In this document: one piece after another, positions 60,419-64,000 of the stretch
How positions within the stretch are numbered: the first letter of the stretch is position 1
How the letters are laid out: every line of letters begins with the position of its first letter
DNA from: Dimorphilus gyrociliatus
Lineage: Eukaryota; Animalia; Annelida
DNA: 64,000 nucleotides
NCBI GenBank assembly: GCA_904063045.1
Contig: CAJFCJ010000045.1
Span: 1-64,000 of the forward strand
Reading direction: 5' to 3'
Made by a program: the position numbers and the translations under genes
Notes under the pieces: generated by a model
Told to the model about the DNA's origin: nothing
What the model saw: only the letters and a program-made list of their open reading frames with translations
The model's database searches: none

Positions 60419-61652
60419 TCAAACATTCGTCTCGCCAGCTTCTCTTCTCACAAATTGAAAACTTCGAACTCTTCCATAATTGGACGAACCGCAAGTGTCT
60501 TTCTTATACAGAGAGGCGATCTTCCTCAAAATTATAAATAATAACAACAGAGCCGCGGGTATTTCAATGCAGCATTCTATGATGAGAGCCATCGTTAAGA
60601 AGTCATAGAGAGTTGCTGGGGAACTGCACTGGTCAAAATTTTCAACTTTTCCACCGTGAATTGACTTGTAATAAACTATTAACAAAACAATATAGATTTT
60701 CGATACAACGGAAAAGATAAGATATTTTATCCATTGTTTAGTTTTAACAAACCAAAATAGATTTAATACATTTGGAATTTTGAACGCTATGCAGAAAATC
60801 TGCAATAAGATATTTAAATAGGCGTAGATGTTGTAATCGCCAAATGGCAAAAAATCCATTCCATATCTATTGTAAGGCGTATCGACGCAAACCGGCAATG
60901 TTGAATTAACTGTTGAATTCTTATCAACTTGAATAAGTTGATTGGTGCCGTTCTGTAGATTATAACTAAGAATTTGGGCAAAGTTTTTAGGACAAATTTC
61001 AACATGAATTAAAAAATAAGAGACAATTGACAAAAATAGACCAACAACCGTCATTGGTTTGCATTTCGTTGAATCGTTAAAGACGGTTGAATAGTAAACT
61101 TTTAAAAATATGATAAAAATAACAATGGAGTCGGTGAAGAAGAGAGGAAGAGTAAAATTCAGGTAATTGTACTTGTAGCACAAGTCAAAACCAAAGTTTG
61201 GAGGATAGAATAGAAACGTATAATGCGCAATTAGATATGTTCTATAGGATGAATAGATAATAGTTGCTATAATTTGCTTTACGTTTAGCGAAGATGGCTT
61301 TAAATGGAGGAAAAATATAGGAGCCAGTGTTGATAATATGTTGTAGACGCTTAACCCGTTTATCCTGCCAACAAATCATTAAATCAGTAAATTAAAACCG
61401 ATCGTTTAATGATATTTCTTTTTACTCTGAATTGTAGGCGGTTTCAATGCAAATTTCGTCCGTTTCGTTCCATTCTCTTGACTTGTTTAGAATTGAAAAA
61501 TCTAACGCTGACCGAAAATTGTATATTGTACGATAATCTCTTGTCAAAAAATCATAATGCAGCGGTATAGTGAATAAAACTGGTAAGACGAGAGAGCCAA
61601 TTTCGTAATACTTGAACCGTTTACTATTATTAGAATCATCTTTCTTGCACAT
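60419..61652 (-). CDS. Unidentified multi-pass membrane protein, join(61652..61426,61364..60419), 390 aa
   Basis: A phase-2 GTAAAA...TGGCAG intron joins the two ORFs in frame. There are many hydrophobic segments and N-x-S/T sequons in a loop. Family not recognised. Confidence 0.7.
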
Positions 61653-62195
61653 TGCTCCTTATAAATCCCGCAATATTCGCAATTCTCTATGTTTTACGAC
61701 TTTACAAACTATTTATATTATCATATAGAAGCAGACGAAAATTTTTTTTTTTTACAAACAGCTACAAACCTATCCCAACATCCTCTAGAAGATTGCGGAC
61801 ACCGTATAAGCATTGCTTCGGAATTTTTTTTAGTTTTAACTTACTATTTAGTCACGTGATTATTATTTTTTGAATGAATAGTTTTTATTAGTTATTTGTT
61901 CAATATGGACGGTGTCGTTGGAGTAATTTATGTGTTGCGCCAAGACTTCTGGGTTGGTGTGTGTTTGTGTGTAAATAATTAGCTTAACCTAATTATTCTA
62001 TAGAAGCACAAAATCTTGTTCTTACGATTTATCTGTTGAATGAATGAATGAAAGATTAATTCAATCAATAATCTTTTCAATTGTATTTAATTAATTGAGA
62101 TTGAATAAATTTTGAAATAAGTTGAAAATCTTTATTTTTACTTTTGTCGTTGAAATTTGGAATTAAACTTTGAATATCAACTTTTATTCCAATTC

Positions 62196-63669
62196 TTAAA
62201 GTTTCTTGAAAATTTTCAACAATTTTCTGTTAAAACACAAAAAAAAAAAAGAGAAAACAATACAGAAATAGACAGAATGTTTGAAAAACTTTACGTATTG
62301 AATGAAAATTCCTTTATGAAAATGCTGGAAAGAAATATGAAGAAGATGAAAATATTTTAGTATTTGAAATGATATCTTTAAAGCTTTCAATAAATTTATT
62401 AGACTATTAATTTCGTATGGAAACGTTTCGAATTTCAATGGAAGCTTCCTCCTTTTATTTGTTATAAATAATATACTATTAACGTATTCATTCGTCAGGT
62501 ATAACACTGAAAATATGGAAAATAGATAATAGAAAATGGCGGACTAGGAAGAGTAGTAGGAAATTATAAATACAGTTTTTAGTGTAGTTGTCAACAATCA
62601 TATCTTTTTTTATCTTTCTGTTTGTTTGTTTGTTTTGTATAAATAAACCATTTTTTTGTTGTTTGTTAAATAAATACATTCGAAAACCTACTTTTCAATA
62701 TGAGACTTTCTTTTAAACCCGTTTATAAAATAGTAGGTCAAGTGAACAATAGGATTTGTAACCGGATTTAAAGGGAGGATAAAGACGAATACGTAGATGT
62801 AGGTATCGTGAGTGATAATACTCTTACCAATGCTGGCAATTATACCTAAAACAAACAATTAGTTGAAGAGAAACAAACGCCAAAAATGTTGATAATTGCT
62901 TACCTAAAAATGACAAAGGTAGCCAAGTGATTGTATTTGATAAGATGATAATAAACGAAGCTGATGAGAGCATTTTCTTTAATCTGGTACTTTGTTCTTT
63001 TTTTGAAAGTACTAAACTCGCCTTTTTATAGATTGTAGAGAATATTTTCGCGTATAACGCTATTATTGTCGATGATACAATCAATGAAAATATAGAAAAT
63101 ATAATAAACGAATACATCCAACCAGTCTTTTTGTCGTTTGTTAAGTGTAAAGAAAAACATAATGAATACCTTGAATGATAATTCTAAAATGGATGACAAA
63201 CAACAAGTTAGTTTTATTAGAAACAAAACAACAAAACTATAAACTTCTGGTTTTTGTTTTTACCTGGAAAATGAACAAAGGTAAAATGGATACAGCCACC
63301 GATAGGAGGGTTGCAACCAGCGTAAAGAATATTGATTTTGATAAAGAGAGCATCTGAAATCTTAATCCGGAAGTGATGATTATAAACTTTTCAAACGTTA
63401 CAAGTAGAAGGAAATTTTGTGATAGAAAACACGAAAAGGAGGCTAAAATTCCAGAAATTTTACAAGCAAGGCTATTTCTCCATTGCTCGTCGTAATCTAT
63501 AAAATTCTTTGAATATTTTATATCGTGAATTGCTATCATAAGAAAATAGACAGATAACAGTAAATCGGCAATTGTTAACATTATAGAAAAGATTTTCGAA
63601 GGTCTATTAACATCTCTTAATTTCACTACAAGACAAACGATATTCGCCAAAAGAGACACTACGGTACAA
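62196..63669 (-). CDS. 3' (7TM) part of a second GRL101/RXFP-like GPCR; 5' exons probably lie outside the window
   Basis: LTIADLLLSVYFLMIA, WRNSLACKISGILASFS, VTFEKF, SNTITWLP, and a TM7 exon near 62700-62820 (FILPLNPVTNPIV). The 3' end is uncertain. Confidence 0.75.
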
Positions 63670-64000
63670 CTGTAGAAAATATCTTTGAAAAGAAAAAAGA
63701 TTGGCAGAATGAATGAATGAATGAATGAACGAGAGAGAGAGAGAGAGAGAAAGAAAATTTTCTGTCCTTGGTCATTTAAAAGTGGCCAAGCGGATTTAGC
63801 CTCTTCTACAAAAATAAACCAGGACGTTCTATTCGATATTTAACCTACATTTAAACAATTTGAAATTAATCAACTCTCCACAAGAGTTTGTGTCACTCTT
63901 TCTAGGAAGACACTCCTCCAAATGGTCGCTTTCAATATAGCAACAAAATTTATATTTATCCGAGTATAGTCTTTGAATTGATTTTAAATTTTTGAAAGTA

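Overview
AT-rich, intron-containing eukaryotic DNA. The short 40-90 nt GT-AG introns and the gene families point to a compact invertebrate genome, probably lophotrochozoan/annelid-like (inference only). Contents in order: (1) an internally deleted PHD-FLYWCH Mutator (MULE) element; (2) a rearranged TRPM-family channel gene; (3) a dense cluster of leucine-rich-repeat and ubiquitin-ligase genes, comprising two NACHT-LRR (NLR) genes, a single-exon RING/B-box/coiled-coil-LRR gene, two multi-pass membrane RING-H2 genes with a collapsed chimeric copy, and BC-box/VHL-box-like LRR genes, one of them a pseudogene; (4) a second, intact TRPM gene with tandem SLOG-like repeats; (5) an intact 3-exon vitellogenin-like gene with TATA/Inr promoter; (6) mariner and Tc1-like relics; (7) a secreted lamin-tail-like + GDPH/ITIH-C-terminal-like gene with one in-frame TGA; (8) a very large GRL101-like LDLa-LRR GPCR with probable PAN/SRCR N-terminal exons; (9) tRNA-Leu(UAA), an unidentified multi-TM gene, and the 3' part of a second GRL101-like GPCR. 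Two themes recur. A 57-aa two-LRR module is attached to different N-terminal effector domains. Tandem duplicates have collapsed through multiple internal deletions, and short TTAGGG runs lie in or near some rearranged segments. All domain calls come from motif recognition by eye; no database search was run.
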